DNA from: Octopus sinensis
Taxonomy: Eukaryota
Direction: 5' to 3'
NCBI RefSeq assembly: GCF_006345805.1
Contig: NC_042999.1
Span: 69,006,001 to 69,070,000, forward strand
Length of the DNA: 64,000 nt
The notes beneath the pieces were generated by a model, which saw only the letters and a list, made by a program, of their open reading frames with translations, was not told the origin of the DNA and made no database searches. Positions within the stretch are counted from its first letter, which is position 1. Each line of letters begins with the position of its first letter. Shown here piece by piece: positions 24,915 through 37,924 of the stretch. The position numbers were made by a program, and so were the translations under genes.

Positions 24915-25896
24915 TTAACCCTTTTGATACCAACCTGCCTGAAACCACCTCTGGCTCTGTAGTATAAAATGTCTTGTTTTCAAAAGTTTTGAATTCAAAT
25001 CTTCCACCAAACCTTAGTCATAATTTATGCTCCTAACACTAGCTGAATGATAACTAAGTCATTTTACTAAATTCTTTGTTATATTTAAAATTAATTGAAA
25101 GAAACACAGAACATCTCAACAGAAATATGGTAACAAAAGGGTTAAATATATAACAAAGAAACGATTCTTAACCCTTTCATTACCAATCTGGCTGAAACCT
25201 CTTCTGGCTCTGTAGTACAAATGTCTTGTTTCTATAAGTTTTGAATTAAAATCTTCCACCAAACCTTAGTCACAATTTATGCTCCTAAAACTAGCTTAAT
25301 GATAACTAAGTTATTTTACTAAATCCTTTGTTATATTTAAAATTAATTGAAAGAAACACAGAACATCTCAACAGAAATATGGTAACAAGGTGGTGAGCTG
25401 GCAGAAACGTTAGCACGCTGGACGAATTGTTTAGCAGTATTTCATCTGACTTTATGTTGTGAGTCCAAATTCCGTCGAGGTCAACTTTGCCTTTCATCCT
25501 TTCGGGGTCGATAAATTAAGTACCAGTTACACACTGGAGTCAATGTAATCGACTTAATCCCTTTGTCTGTCCTTGTTTCTCCCCTCTATGTTTAGCCCCT
25601 TGTGGACAATAAATAAATAAGAAATATGGTAACAAAAGGGTTAAAATATATAAAAAGAAACTATTCTTAACCTTTTTGATACCAACCTGCCTGAAACCAC
25701 CTCTGGCTCTGTAGTACAAATGTATTGTTTCCATAAGTTTTGAATTAAAATCTTCCACCAAACCTTAGTCACAATTTATGCTCCTAACACTAGCTGAATG
25801 ATAACTAAGTCGTTTTACTAAATTCTTTGTTATATATAAAATTAATTGAAAGAAGCGGAGAGCATCTCAAAATGAATACAGTAATGAAAGGGTTAA
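24915..25896. mobile_element. Three tandem piggyBac-like MITEs (TTAA-CCCTTT...AAAGGG-TTAA)
   Basis: Copies at 24915-25145, 25168-25644 (SINE-interrupted) and 25667-25896, each bounded by TTAA and short TIRs. Confidence 0.8.
25389..25619 (+). mobile_element. tRNA-derived SINE with 16-bp target site duplication
   Basis: AGAAATATGGTAACAA at 25373-25388 and at 25620-25635. Confidence 0.85.
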
Positions 25897-26913
25897 CATC
25901 CACTTATCTATCTTTTGTGTTTTCTATTCTGGATGCAGTGCAGGTCCTTCTACCTTTCCATTGCTGTCCTTCTTTACTTGTCTTATCTGCTCTCTGTCCC
26001 CTCTTTTACCCTTTTCTGATGAATTGTAGTGCATCTGAGCTCTGTATACAATAAGCTTATTATCATCATTGTGCTGGCAGAGTCGTTAGCACACTGGACA
26101 ATATGTTTAGCATTATTTCATCTGTCTTTACGTTCTGAGTTCAAATTCTGTTGAAGTTGACTTCACCTTTCATCCATTTGGGGGGTCAATGAAATAAGTA
26201 CCAGCAGAGCACTGGGGTCAATGTAATTAACTCACCCCCTCCTTGAAAATTGCTCGCCTTGAACCTTTGGTAGAAAGAATTATTATTATTATTATTATTA
26301 TTATTATGATTATTAATATTATTATTATTAAAGTACCAGTTGTGCAATGGAGTCGATGTAATCAACTTAATCTCCTCGCACAAGCTGTCCTTGTGGAAAA
26401 AATTTGAAATCATCGTTGTCATCGCAGTCATTGTTATCATCATTATCATTATTATCATCATTAATAAGGCGGTGAGCTGGCAGAAACAGCATGACAGGTG
26501 AAATACTTAGTGGTATTTCATCTGTCTTTATGATCTGAGTTCAAATTCCGCCAAGGTCGATTTTGCCTTTCATCATTTCAGGGTTGATAAATTTAGTACC
26601 AGTTGCGTACTAGGGTCAATCTAATCAACTGGTCCCCTCCCGCACAATTTCAGTCTTTGTGACTATAATAGAAAAGATTATTTAAAAAATTTTTTTTTTA
26701 AGGCAATGAGCCGGTAGAATTGTTAGCATGCCGGGTGAAATGCTTAACAGTATTCTGTCTGTTTTTATGTTCTGAGTTCAAATTCCACTGAGGTTGACTT
26801 TGCCTTTCCTCTTTTCAGGGTCAATAGATTAAGTACCAGTGAAACACTGGAGTCAAAGTAATTGACTTAGCCCATTTTCCCAAATTTCAGACCTTGTGCC
26901 TATAGTAGAAAGG

Positions 26914-26967
<54 letters not shown>

Positions 26968-27243
26968 TAGTTTTATTTTGATAACATGCTTTTACTTCAC
27001 TACCGAGCGCAGCTCTAGGTGCCTTGATGCTCTTATTTTTACTGTATTGAAAGTGCTTTTTTACATAGGATGTGTGCAATTTTCTGTATGTTATATATAT
27101 TTGTTAGTCCTGGTGTTTTTGTTATGTATTTGTCTGAATGTTTTTTTTATCATACCTAATGCACCTACTATGATAGGAATTGTTTCTGTTTTTAGATTCC
27201 ACATTCGAGTTACCTCTATTTCCAGGTCTTTGTATTTTGAAAG

Positions 27244-27291
<48 letters not shown>

Positions 27292-27898
27292 ACCTTATAA
27301 TGAGGCTGTAAGATTTGAAATTATTTAATGTGTGCTGGTTTACCAACAGGGGAGTAGTGGGAGGCTGATTAATTTTTAATGAGGTTCAATTATTGATGAT
27401 CTTAGATGATTAATTAACTAATTCTTTTGTAATGATGATAATGACCAAAGTTGAAGTGTGGTCAGCAATAAGTACAACTTCCATGGATGGACACAGGAAT
27501 GGTCAAATGGGTAAGGAGTTTGGTTCCTATCCATAATGTCTTGGGTTTGGTCTCAGAACATGGCAGTATCTTATGGAAAGGGGTCTATTACCATTGGTCA
27601 GGGTTGACCTCAAATATAGGGAGTGAAATTTGATAGATGGGAGCTACATAGAAACCCATCTTGGACAGATACCCATAGAATGACTCTCACAGATGGCTCC
27701 CACAGAATGATTCCCACAGAATAATTCCCACAAAACAACTCCCACAAATTGAATAGTTTCTACAAAACAACTCCCACACTGAATGTCCCCTAAACAATAT
27801 ACACACCCTCACCAATATGGCACCTCTACAGCCTAATCCCAGCACCTTCCCCCCACCCAACTTCCTACCCACAAAGAAAGAAGAATGTAATCACTTAC

Positions 27899-27986
27899 TT
27901 CCCCCTGGCAGCATTAATCCAGCCGACAGCAGCAAGTTTCCGCTCATCGATCGTGAGTGCCATGCCTTCTCCAGTCGTTCCATTCA
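27899..27986 (-). CDS. NPL: NPL-like exon with GTTGEG motif (VNGTTGEGMALTIDERKLAAVGWINAARGK)
   Basis: gttgtag acceptor, AA|gtaagt donor; 88 nt, phase 1 to phase 2. Carries the family signature GTTGE. Confidence 0.95.
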
Positions 27987-29285
27987 CTACAACATTTAGA
28001 AAAAAAGATGGGGTGAGAAAGAGCTGCAAATTTAAACATCTACAGTATTGATGAGTTATATGAAGGACCCTCTATGATAACTAGAAATGACAGTCTATTC
28101 AGCCTCAAATGACACTGCATCATCTTAAAAAATGAAGGACACTTTGAACACTAAAGTCTTACATATACAAGAAGATGTGATGGTCGTGGCTGGAATACTT
28201 TTGATCATAGATCCACTTTGTCAAGAGTAACTTAGTGTTAACAATTACTGAATTGATGACAAATTATCTTCATCGATGGCATATAAGAATTAAATGAATA
28301 GAATAAAATATAAATTTATCATCATCATCACTACCATGATCATCATCATTGTTGTTGCTGCCATTGTCATCATCATCATCATCATCATCATTTAGCATCC
28401 ATGTTCCACACTGGCATGGATTGGTCAGTTTGATAATCTCCAATATGGTGGAGGAATGCATCAAACTTCAATGTCTGCTTTGCCATGGTTTCTATGGCTG
28501 GAAACCCTTCCCAGCACCAACCACCTGACAGGGTGGACTGGGTGCTTTTATTGTGACACCATCATTAGTGAGGTCACCATGTAACACGAAAGAAAAGGAA
28601 AGGAAAGAGAGTAGAGAGGGGTGTGACTTTATACCAGGTGTTGAGAGGCAAAATTCTGTTAGAGGAACAGGAACAGGTGTCTTGTTGTAGAAGAGATACA
28701 GTGCCTACCTTGAATAATGGAAATTGATAAAGTAAGAATTAAAATAATTAAATTAATATAAACACTTGAAGTAGTCATTGGTTAAATTTCTGCTGTGTAT
28801 ATAGCATTTATGATGTCTACAAATGTGGAATGGCCCAGGCTGAAATATTTTATCTCAGAGAAATTTCTCAAAGAGAACAGTATGTTAAAAGGGCTTTGCT
28901 CAGAATGCTGTCTGATGGCCAGCATGGTGTTTTGACATGATTCTCTCTCCTCAGTTGAGAGTGGCAGGCAGATACAAAGACATACATATACACACATAGA
29001 TATGTATATACACTTTATTTGTGCATTGACAAGGCAACCAATGGTTTCATGTGAAGTGATTTTTACAATTGTTCAAGTGTGCCACATGGAAGTGTTGGTA
29101 TTTGACTCTGTCCAAAAATGGAGTACCAACATTTTCCATGTGGCACATTTGAACAATTGCAAAGATTTCTTCACATGAAACCATTGGTTGCCTTGTTAAA
29201 CCCCAAATAAAGAATATTTATCCACCAATGTAGTGCTGAGCATGCATTCTCACTGTTTGATATTAGTGCACATGCACACACACAC

Positions 29286-29330
<45 letters not shown>

Positions 29331-29334
<4 letters not shown>

Positions 29335-29673
29335 GGTAAAGACCCCCTTCAGTCATGAATGACCATGGGATTGCACCTAGAAAGTTACCCTCCTAGACAC
29401 AAGTCCGGGCAAGGTTGTTTATGGAAGACCAGCAGTCGCCCATGCATACCAGCCTCCCCTCTCCACGCCACCAGTGTTATCCAAGGGAAAGACAAAGGTC
29501 GATACAGCTTGGCACCTGTGACGTCGCAACTCATTTCTACAGCTGAGTGAACTGGTGCAACGTGAAATAAAGTGCCTTGCTCGAGAACACAACACGCAGC
29601 CCGGTCCAGGATTCGAGCTCACAACCTCACGATCATAAGCTCGACGCTCTAACCACTGAGCCATGCGCCTTCA
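29331..29673 (-). mobile_element. tRNA-derived SINE family C (GGCGCATGGCTCAGTGGTTAG...)
   Basis: tRNA-like head plus conserved central GAGCAAGGCACTTTATTTCACG domain. Further copies at 47951-48300 and 48871-49220. Confidence 0.8.
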
Positions 29674-29675
29674 CA

Positions 29676-29724
<49 letters not shown>

Positions 29725-31400
29725 GTGTATGATGGGATTCCATACAGCTTCTATCTACCAAATTCCCTCACAAGGTAATGGTCAGCCTGGGGTTATAGTA
29801 GAAAACCGGGAATACAAAATCATACAAATTGAGATGTTTAACCACGCAGCCACACCATCTTGGCCTCTTCGAATAGACCCATGATCAAAGATATTCATGA
29901 CAGTTTATATTTTGGGGTGGAGCAGGGGATAATTTATCTAGGAGTACATTAACTATCATGTCTTTTTTATAAAATAATAGCATGTTTTCAAAAGGAGATT
30001 TGGCTGTTGTTTCTTGTAGGTCAAGTGATTAGGTAAAGGGTGCCTCATTAGCTGGAGTAATTGGCTGGTCATTTGTTTTACATGTGGAGACATGACAAGG
30101 GACTTGCAGAAATTTCCTTGTGGACTGATCTGCTAAGAGTGAAAGCTAATAGACCCCAGCCATCACCGCTACCAAAGAGCATCAGAGCCCTAAAGGAAGG
30201 TGACAAAGCTCCCAAGGTGAATGCAATATCAGGGCACCCATTTTCTATTTCACATTCAGCCTCAGACTGGGAGATGCAAATGGACCTGAAGGGCAGACTT
30301 GTTTTCTCAGAGGAGATGCTATGTTCCTACACAAACAACCATTGTGGTCAAACTCCCACAGTGCCCTAGTAGGACATACTTGATATTTCCCACCAGGAAA
30401 AGAAAGCCAAATATCAGGGCTTAGACAATGAGGCTCTTGGCAAGGGATGGCATGCAGCCTCATTCTCCATCAAAGTCATCTGTTGTGGATTTCATGCCAG
30501 ATCAATGCATTATTTCCTGCAGAAGATAGTTCTGGAAGCCCCTACGTCTTCATCCAGAGGCCTTGGCAGTAGCTGCTTGATCTGCATGCTTCCTATCTAG
30601 CTGCTCTTTATGAGCAGCATTCCCATGCCCATTGGCAACAACAGGATGCTTATGGCGTATGTGCTGCGAACGACCTGCAGCCATCAATAAAGCCATCAAG
30701 GAAATAGACATGGCGGCTGAAACTAGTTCAAGGTGGCTGTGATTGATAGGAGACCGCAAGTGGAACCTTTGCACAGGTGGAAACTAATTTAGTCTGCACT
30801 GCCTGACTCAGGTAAAATGTACAGGTAAGAGGTGAAGTTGCTGTGACCCTGAGATACTTGTTGATGATAAGGAAGGGTTTCCAGCATTGTAAAGAACATA
30901 CAAGACCTCTGAATAACCCCTACAGATTCTGCAAGAAGGCAAAGCATCTCTGATGTATATTTCACCTATTTGTGAAGGCACGTGGCCTAGTGGTTTGGCA
31001 TATTGCATTCACAAGTGTGAGATTGTGGTTTCAATTCCCAGACTAGTTGTGCATTGTGTTCTAACATAAAACACTTCATTTCACATTGCACCAGTCCACT
31101 CAGCTGTCAATAGCCTTCTGGTCATGGGAAATGTTGGCCTGCTCACCTAACCAGTGGTGTGGCATCATTTGAAAGCTAAAACAATACAAAGAGCATTGTG
31201 ACCAGCGATGTATAACATCTAATAGTCTGGTCAGTCATGTGATAATGTGATTTCACCAATCTATTACACCTGTTGGATAAGTAATTGTTATTTGTACATA
31301 AACATGTGTATATACATGTCTAGGCTGATGTAGGTATATGTGAGAATGTGGTGTGCTGTGTATGTGTTTGTGTATGTGTTTAAAAGGGATGATGACTTAC

Positions 31401-31471
31401 CAAAGATATTGTCGACCTGACTACGGACCAGGAAATCTATATAGATATCAAAGCTGGAAAAGTCAATATCA
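31401..31471 (-). CDS. NPL: NPL-like exon (DIDFSSFDIYIDFLVRSQVDNIF)
   Basis: ttttttgcag acceptor, G|gtaagt donor; 71 nt, phase 2 to phase 1. Aligns to human [24 protein letters not shown]. Confidence 0.92.
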
Positions 31472-31636
31472 CTGCAAAAAAAGAAAAAAGAAGAAAAGGT
31501 ATTTAGTTATTTTACAATAAAACAGTTTAATGTTTACCCAACAAGTGTAGCTGTGTGGTTGACAAGTTTCTTTCCCAACCACATGGTTTTGGGTTCAGTT
31601 CCACTACATGGCAACATGGGCAAGAGTCTTCTGCTA

Positions 31637-32507
31637 TGAGGTCTGATCAATAAGTATCCAGACTGTTGCTATAGTAACGAAGCTAAAGCACGCAGAGTGA
31701 AGCTGCTTGGCAATGATTGACCTTGAACTCTGCTGTGCATGCAAATTAAGTTTTAACATTCTAGCTCACTTCTGCTTTTTACAGCAGTGCTTGAAAGGAA
31801 GGTGTGTAGCATGTGATCAATGCATTAACCATGACAGAGAAAGTTGTCATGGTGATACCTGTTCAGAGACCTATGCAAAGTTGCAGAAAATATATATGGA
31901 GAGGTGTGTATGAGCCACGCAGAAGTGTACGAGTGGCTCAGATGCTTTCAAGATGGTTGAAAAAATGTCAATAGTGATGAACATTCTGGGAGACCTGCAA
32001 CCTGCAGAACTGAGAAAACATCACAGATGTACATGCAGCTATGAGGGGAAATCATTGAATTACCATCTGTGAATTATTAGAGGATGTACAGGTTAGTTAT
32101 GGTTCAGTTCAGTCCATTATCACTGAAGATTTGGGTATGAGACACTTGTCTGCCAAATTTGTGCCAAAACTGCTTTCGGCCAACCAAGAAGACACTCAGG
32201 TTTCAGTTGCACAAGATCTTGAGTGTGTCAAGAATGATGAAAACTTTGCATAGGCCTCTGAGCAGGTATTGCTGAGCTTTGGACAAAATTTGATACAGAT
32301 TCTCTGCTCAATTTTCTCTGTCGTATTCAATGCAGCAATCACATGCTACACACCTTCCTTCCAAGCACTGCTATAAACAGGGAAAGTGAGACAGAACATT
32401 AAAACTTAGTGTGCATGCACAGCAGAGTTCAAGGTCAATCTGTGCCAAGCGACTTCACTCTGCATGTTACTATGGCAACAATCTGGATACTTACTGATCA
32501 GACCACA
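31637..32507 (+). mobile_element. Mariner (Tc1/mariner) internally deleted element
   Basis: Inverted termini GAGGTCTGATCAATAAGTATCC with TA on both sides. Decayed transposase HTH remnants (YAKLQK, VYEW.R.FQDG, SGRP, DLGMR..SAKFVPKLL). Confidence 0.85.
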
Positions 32508-33222
32508 TATAACCACAGGCCAACTAAAGCCATTTTCCCTGCTGGCATGGATGGACAGTCTGACAGCAGCTGGCAAGCCAGGGGACAATACCAAGCTTCA
32601 TAGTCTGCTTTGATATGGTTTCTTAAGGATGGATGCTTTTCATAACGGCAACCACTTTGCAGAGTGTTCTGGGTGCTTTTTAAGTGGAACCAGCACTGGT
32701 GGGTCTCCAAGTAACTTGCAAGACAAAGTCCCATCAAATGGGGGGAGGTAGTATTGAGTGGGGTGGCTCTGTGACAGTTGGTGAGCAGTTAATACATGTA
32801 AAACAGGGATAGAGATAGGTGTGTTACAGTAGAGGGGAGACATGGATACCCCAGTTGGAAAAGAAAGAAGAGAGAGTGAGAGAGAAACAGAAAGACAAGG
32901 ATAGATGGTGGTGGAGATGTGTCAGGACACAGCCAATATGTGTGCATGCATGTGTGTGTGTATGTGGGTGTATTTTTATTAAAAAAGAGGATAAGACCAA
33001 TATTTAACAAAACAATCATATCATGTGACCAGCATGAAATAAGAACCTTAGAGATAATATTTAATACAGATATATAATTATATAAGCACAATTGCAGTGT
33101 GGAAAGTGTTTATATGTCATTTAAAAACACACAAAAACCGTTAGATTCACTTCAACATTTAAATTTAATTTGTCAAAATATTCTCATCGCTTTCATATGT
33201 ATGTGTGTGTGTGTGTGTGTGT

Positions 33223-33281
<59 letters not shown>

Positions 33282-33284
33282 ATG

Positions 33285-33317
<33 letters not shown>

Positions 33318-34810
33318 CAATTCTGGAGGATATATTATGAAATTATATCTTTTTTCTTTTACTTATTTCATTCATTCAACCATTAGACTGAGGCCATGCT
33401 GGGGCACCACCTTGAAGAATTTTTAGCCGAATGTATTGACCCCAGGACTTATTTTTTAAAGCCTGGTTCTTATTCTGTCAGTCTCTTTTGCCAAACCATT
33501 ATTTATAGCACGATGCAGTAAATAAACAATTTCAGAAGATATACTCCAAAATTGATTTTCATAGGTGTACGGTGTGACCTTTATAACTGAGGGGATCCCT
33601 AACAAGGAATTTTGCCAAAAACGGCATCAGTTTTCTTCACAGAATCCTTTAAAACATAAAGGTTACATGCCAAGCACATTAGTGCGCACTTTAAATACAT
33701 CTTGTATGTGTCTGCCCTAACCCTAACCCTATCTGTCTACATACATACACACACATACACACACACACATTCATACATACATACACACACACACACATAC
33801 ACACACACATGCATACATACACACACACACACACGCAAACACACATATACATATGTAAACACACACATGATCAGTTTAATCATTTGGTATAAACCTATTT
33901 CTTCACAGCGTCAGGTCAATTGTCTTTTGCTATTTTTCGCAGTATTCTTTACTCTGAATTCAAATCTCATGGCTGTCAACTACGTTTTCCATGTTTTGGG
34001 GGTTAATAATGTTATGTACCAGCTTTATAATGAGGTTGTTTCTTGCAGTCTGTCCCTGTATCTCTCCAATTCTCTCTCTCTCTCTGGAAGAGAGGAGCTG
34101 TAGGAGAGGACTGAGATGGAGAGGACGATCAGTGCTAGGTTTTAAAAAAAAATGCCCAATCTCCTGTTTGGCCATAGACAAAGTGGAGTACCAGTGACAG
34201 GATGATAAACACAAGACCACTGGTCAATAAACTAACACAAATGTATAGTAATTCTACATTTTATAACAACCAAATGCACTAGTGTAGCTGGAGTTTGTGC
34301 CGCCCAGAGCGGCCCTTCAACTTTCCACCCCCAGACCCCACAAAAAACATATACTGCCAACAGCAATAGCCTACAACATGATGGAAAGTGCTGCCTGGGG
34401 CAGACTGCCCCACCAGCCATGCTAGTAAACAAACGTACCTACACATAGTTCCTATTTACAGCTGAGAGAACTGAGTCAGCAAGAAATTACAGTTTTGTTC
34501 ATAGACACAGTGAAGCGCTGGTGAAAGGCTAATGACTCATCAGGACACTTACAGCTTGTCAATTCTTGTTACTTTAAGAGAAAATATAAAAAAAACAAAA
34601 AAACCCAATTATTATGTACTTAATCTAAATCTCTGCCATAAACCAGTCAGGGTTATTGATCTGGGCTCTATTATAATGTGATCTTTAAACAAAGATCTTT
34701 TCACCATATCCTCGCAACAAGTTGGATTATTTCAACAAACATTTGTAAAAGGTAATGTATCAATATTATTGGCAGCTGATCAATACGTGTTTATTGTGCT
34801 TCTGTTGATA

Positions 34811-35290
34811 ATCATCATCGTCAATGCTTTAACGTCCACTATTTCATGCTTGCATGGGTCAGAGGAAATTTATCGAGGCAGATTTTCTGCACCCAAATGC
34901 CCTTTCTGCTGCTGCTTGTTTGTTTGTTTGTTGAGCGAAGCAGTCTTCGTCCCAGTGGGAGAAGTCCGCAACATGGTCCTTTGCTATTCGAAAGACCCGC
35001 GGAAGAGAAAGTAGGTCAACCCCCCGACACCGAGGGCATCGACGGATGGATGAATGAGCATCCAGGCTCAACGGTTGCGTAGGAAGTCGGGGACAAAAAA
35101 CAGGAAGAAAGAGTGAGAGAAAGTTGGAGCGAAAGAGTACAACAGGGGTCGCCACCAACCCCTGCCGGAGCCTCGTGGAGCTTTAGGTGTTTTCACTTAA
35201 TAAACACACATAATGCCCGGTCTGAGAATCGAAACTGCAATCCTCCAGCCATGAGTCCGCTGCCCTAACCGTTGGGCCATTGTGCCTCCA
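34811..35290 (-). mobile_element. tRNA-derived SINE family D with an RTE-like 3' tail
   Basis: GGAGGCACAATGGCCCAACGGTTAGGGCAG head; it ends in CATGCAAGCATG...GGACGTTAAA..GATGATGA, like the RTE 3'UTR in this window. Confidence 0.7.
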
Positions 35291-35444
35291 CTTCTGCTGC
35301 TGCTGCGACCATTGGTTTCCAAGCACAGCAATATTTCTCCATGATCTAAGATGTTTTTACAGAAGATGGGAAATATAGGACATGGAATGTATGCGAGTGA
35401 TGCTTGGTAACAACTATGGCATGATGCTGAGGCAAGGAGATGGT

Positions 35445-35755
35445 AACACACACACACAAGCGTGCGCACACATACACACGCATGCACACACACATGCACA
35501 CACACATACACAAATACACACACATACATATGCACAAACACACACAGATGCACAGATATACACACACAAATACACACAGATGCGCACAAATATGCATACA
35601 CAAGTGCACACATACACACACATACACACATATGCATACATGCACAAACACATGCACACACATACATACATACACACAAATACACACATATGCACACACA
35701 TGCATACATACATGCACACATACACACACACATGCACACACACACACACACACAC
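35445..35755. repeat. Degenerate (CA)n microsatellite
   Basis: Directly visible. Confidence 0.95.
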
Positions 35756-36674
35756 AGTCTTTTATTAAGACTGAAGCTGAGAGTTTGTCTTGTGACTCAA
35801 GCTTCACACCACTGCAATCATTAAGCAAAAATTCCCTCTCACTCACTCTCTTTCTTTCATTATCTTTCAGTATGTAAAGTCATCTCTACCCTGCTAACCC
35901 ACCCAGTCCAAACCTCTGTATCACCCCACTTATTTGTCACCCCGACCAATGTCCCCTAAGGTCATGTCCTGACACATCTTTGCCTCCATCTCTCCCACTA
36001 TTGCTGACCTGCCCCCACTCTCTTTATCTTAGTCGTCCCCTTTCGCAACTGGAGGATCTATGTATCTACCCTACAGCAAGACATCTACTCCTGTCCCTTT
36101 ATCACCCTAATATCTCATCAACTGGCACAAAGCCACCCCCCACCCATTACTACTCTCTCCTCCCAGCTAAGAGGAGTTTTTGGCCTTGCAAATTACTTGG
36201 CGACCCTGCTGGTGCTGGTGCCACATAAAAAGCATCACTTCTGATGCCACGTAAAATGCAACCAGTCCACTCTGCAAAGTGGCTGACATTTGAAAGAGCA
36301 TTCAGCTGTAGAAACCATGCCAAAACAGAAAAATGAAGCCCAGTGTATAGCCTCTGATCTTACCAGCTCCTGTCAAACCATGGAATCCACGCCAGCATGG
36401 AAAATGAGCATTAAATGATGATAATGATGATGATATTATAAATGTATATGTGTATGTGTGTATGTATATGTATGTGTTGTGAATTTCTCAAAATACGAAG
36501 TAGGAAAACAGCCAACAACTAATGAAGGGTTGTTTTATTATGTTGCTTGTCTTGTTTTCCATTTGTTTCTTTTGTTGTTCACAAAAAAGTTTGTATTCCA
36601 TGTTTCGTTTTCCGTATTTCATGTTCTTTTCATAATTCTTGTTGTGTTCTGTGATGTCCTGTGCCCATATATGC

Positions 36675-36709
<35 letters not shown>

Positions 36710-36711
<2 letters not shown>

Positions 36712-37217
36712 ATATTCCCGTGTCAGGCCGAAGAACGAAATGTTCCCAAGATAAGAGAGTCTTTCTAATCTAATGTTGTGGTTGAGCTGTTTATTATTAT
36801 TATTATTACTATTATTAGTAGTATTAGTATTGTCCCTTTGATCCTCGGTCGAAAATTTGCTTATTATTATTATTATTATTATATTATTATTATTATATTA
36901 TTATTATTTTCAGCTTCGCCTTGTATTGCATATTATTTCTCCATACAGGGGTTTTTTCAATGGCGGCCCATTTTCGCGGGGTTCCACTATTTCCCTTCTC
37001 TCTCTCCCTCTTTTACGTTGTCTGCCATCCCCCCTCTTCCTTTGCTAAGAGCATTTAAGCCAGCCCGTCATATTCCCGTGTCAGGCCGAAGAACGAAATG
37101 TTCCCAAGATAAGAGAGTCTTTCTAATCTAATGTTGTGGTTGAGCTGTTTATTATTATATTATTACTATTATTAGTAGTATTAGTATTGTCCCTTTGATC
37201 CTCGGTCGAAAATTTGC

Positions 37218-37281
<64 letters not shown>

Positions 37282-37454
37282 TTTCAGCTTCGCCTTGTAT
37301 TGCATATTATTTCTCCATACAGGGGTTTTTTCAATGGCGGCCCATTTTCGCGGGGTTCCACTATTTCCCTTCTCTCTCTCCCTCTTTTACGTTGTCTGCC
37401 ATCCCCCCTCTTCCTTTGCTAAGAGCATTTTTAAGCCAGCCCGTCATATTCCCG
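36710..37454. repeat. Tandem duplication, period about 360-380 bp
   Basis: GTCATATTCCCG recurs at about 36710, 37067 and 37443; the internal (ATT)n differs in length. Confidence 0.9.
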
Positions 37455-37924
37455 GTGCACCCGCCCTTGCCACCCCCACCACCAATACCGGATATCTCTA
37501 TATTTTTGCTCCATCTATACCGGATGTCGCTTCTCCCACCACCATTATAGGTGTCTACTCTTCGAACCCCCCTCTTCAATACGCTATTTGACCATGCATT
37601 ACCCCTCTCTTGATATCCTACGTTCTACTTGCCTAGAACCTGTCATCATTTCTCTGAACCACCCCTCCCCACTGGTGCTCCCCTATATTTCTCTCCCCCC
37701 CACATAAAAAGCACCATCCGAACGTGGCCGATGCCAGACCCCTCTGGCACCTGTGCAGGTGGCACGTAAAAAACACCCACTACACTCGCGGAGTGGTTGG
37801 CGTTAGGAAGGGCATCCAGCTGTAGAAACACTGCCAGACTAGACTGGAGCCTGGGGCAGTCCCGAGCTCCCCAGACCCCGGTCGAAACCGTCCAACCCGT
37901 GCTAGCGCGGAAAACGGACGTTAA

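Noticed and set aside
28782-28997. ORF containing LPLSTEERE, resembling the NAL LSLSVEER motif
   Set aside because: It has no GTTGE or suitable splice sites, and the true exon is at 27899-27986.
33715-33731. (CCCTAA) telomere-like repeats
   Set aside because: Fewer than three units; expected by chance.
36725-36742. CCGAAGAACGAAATG resembling a stem-II-less hammerhead
   Set aside because: Non-canonical core and no supporting stem I.
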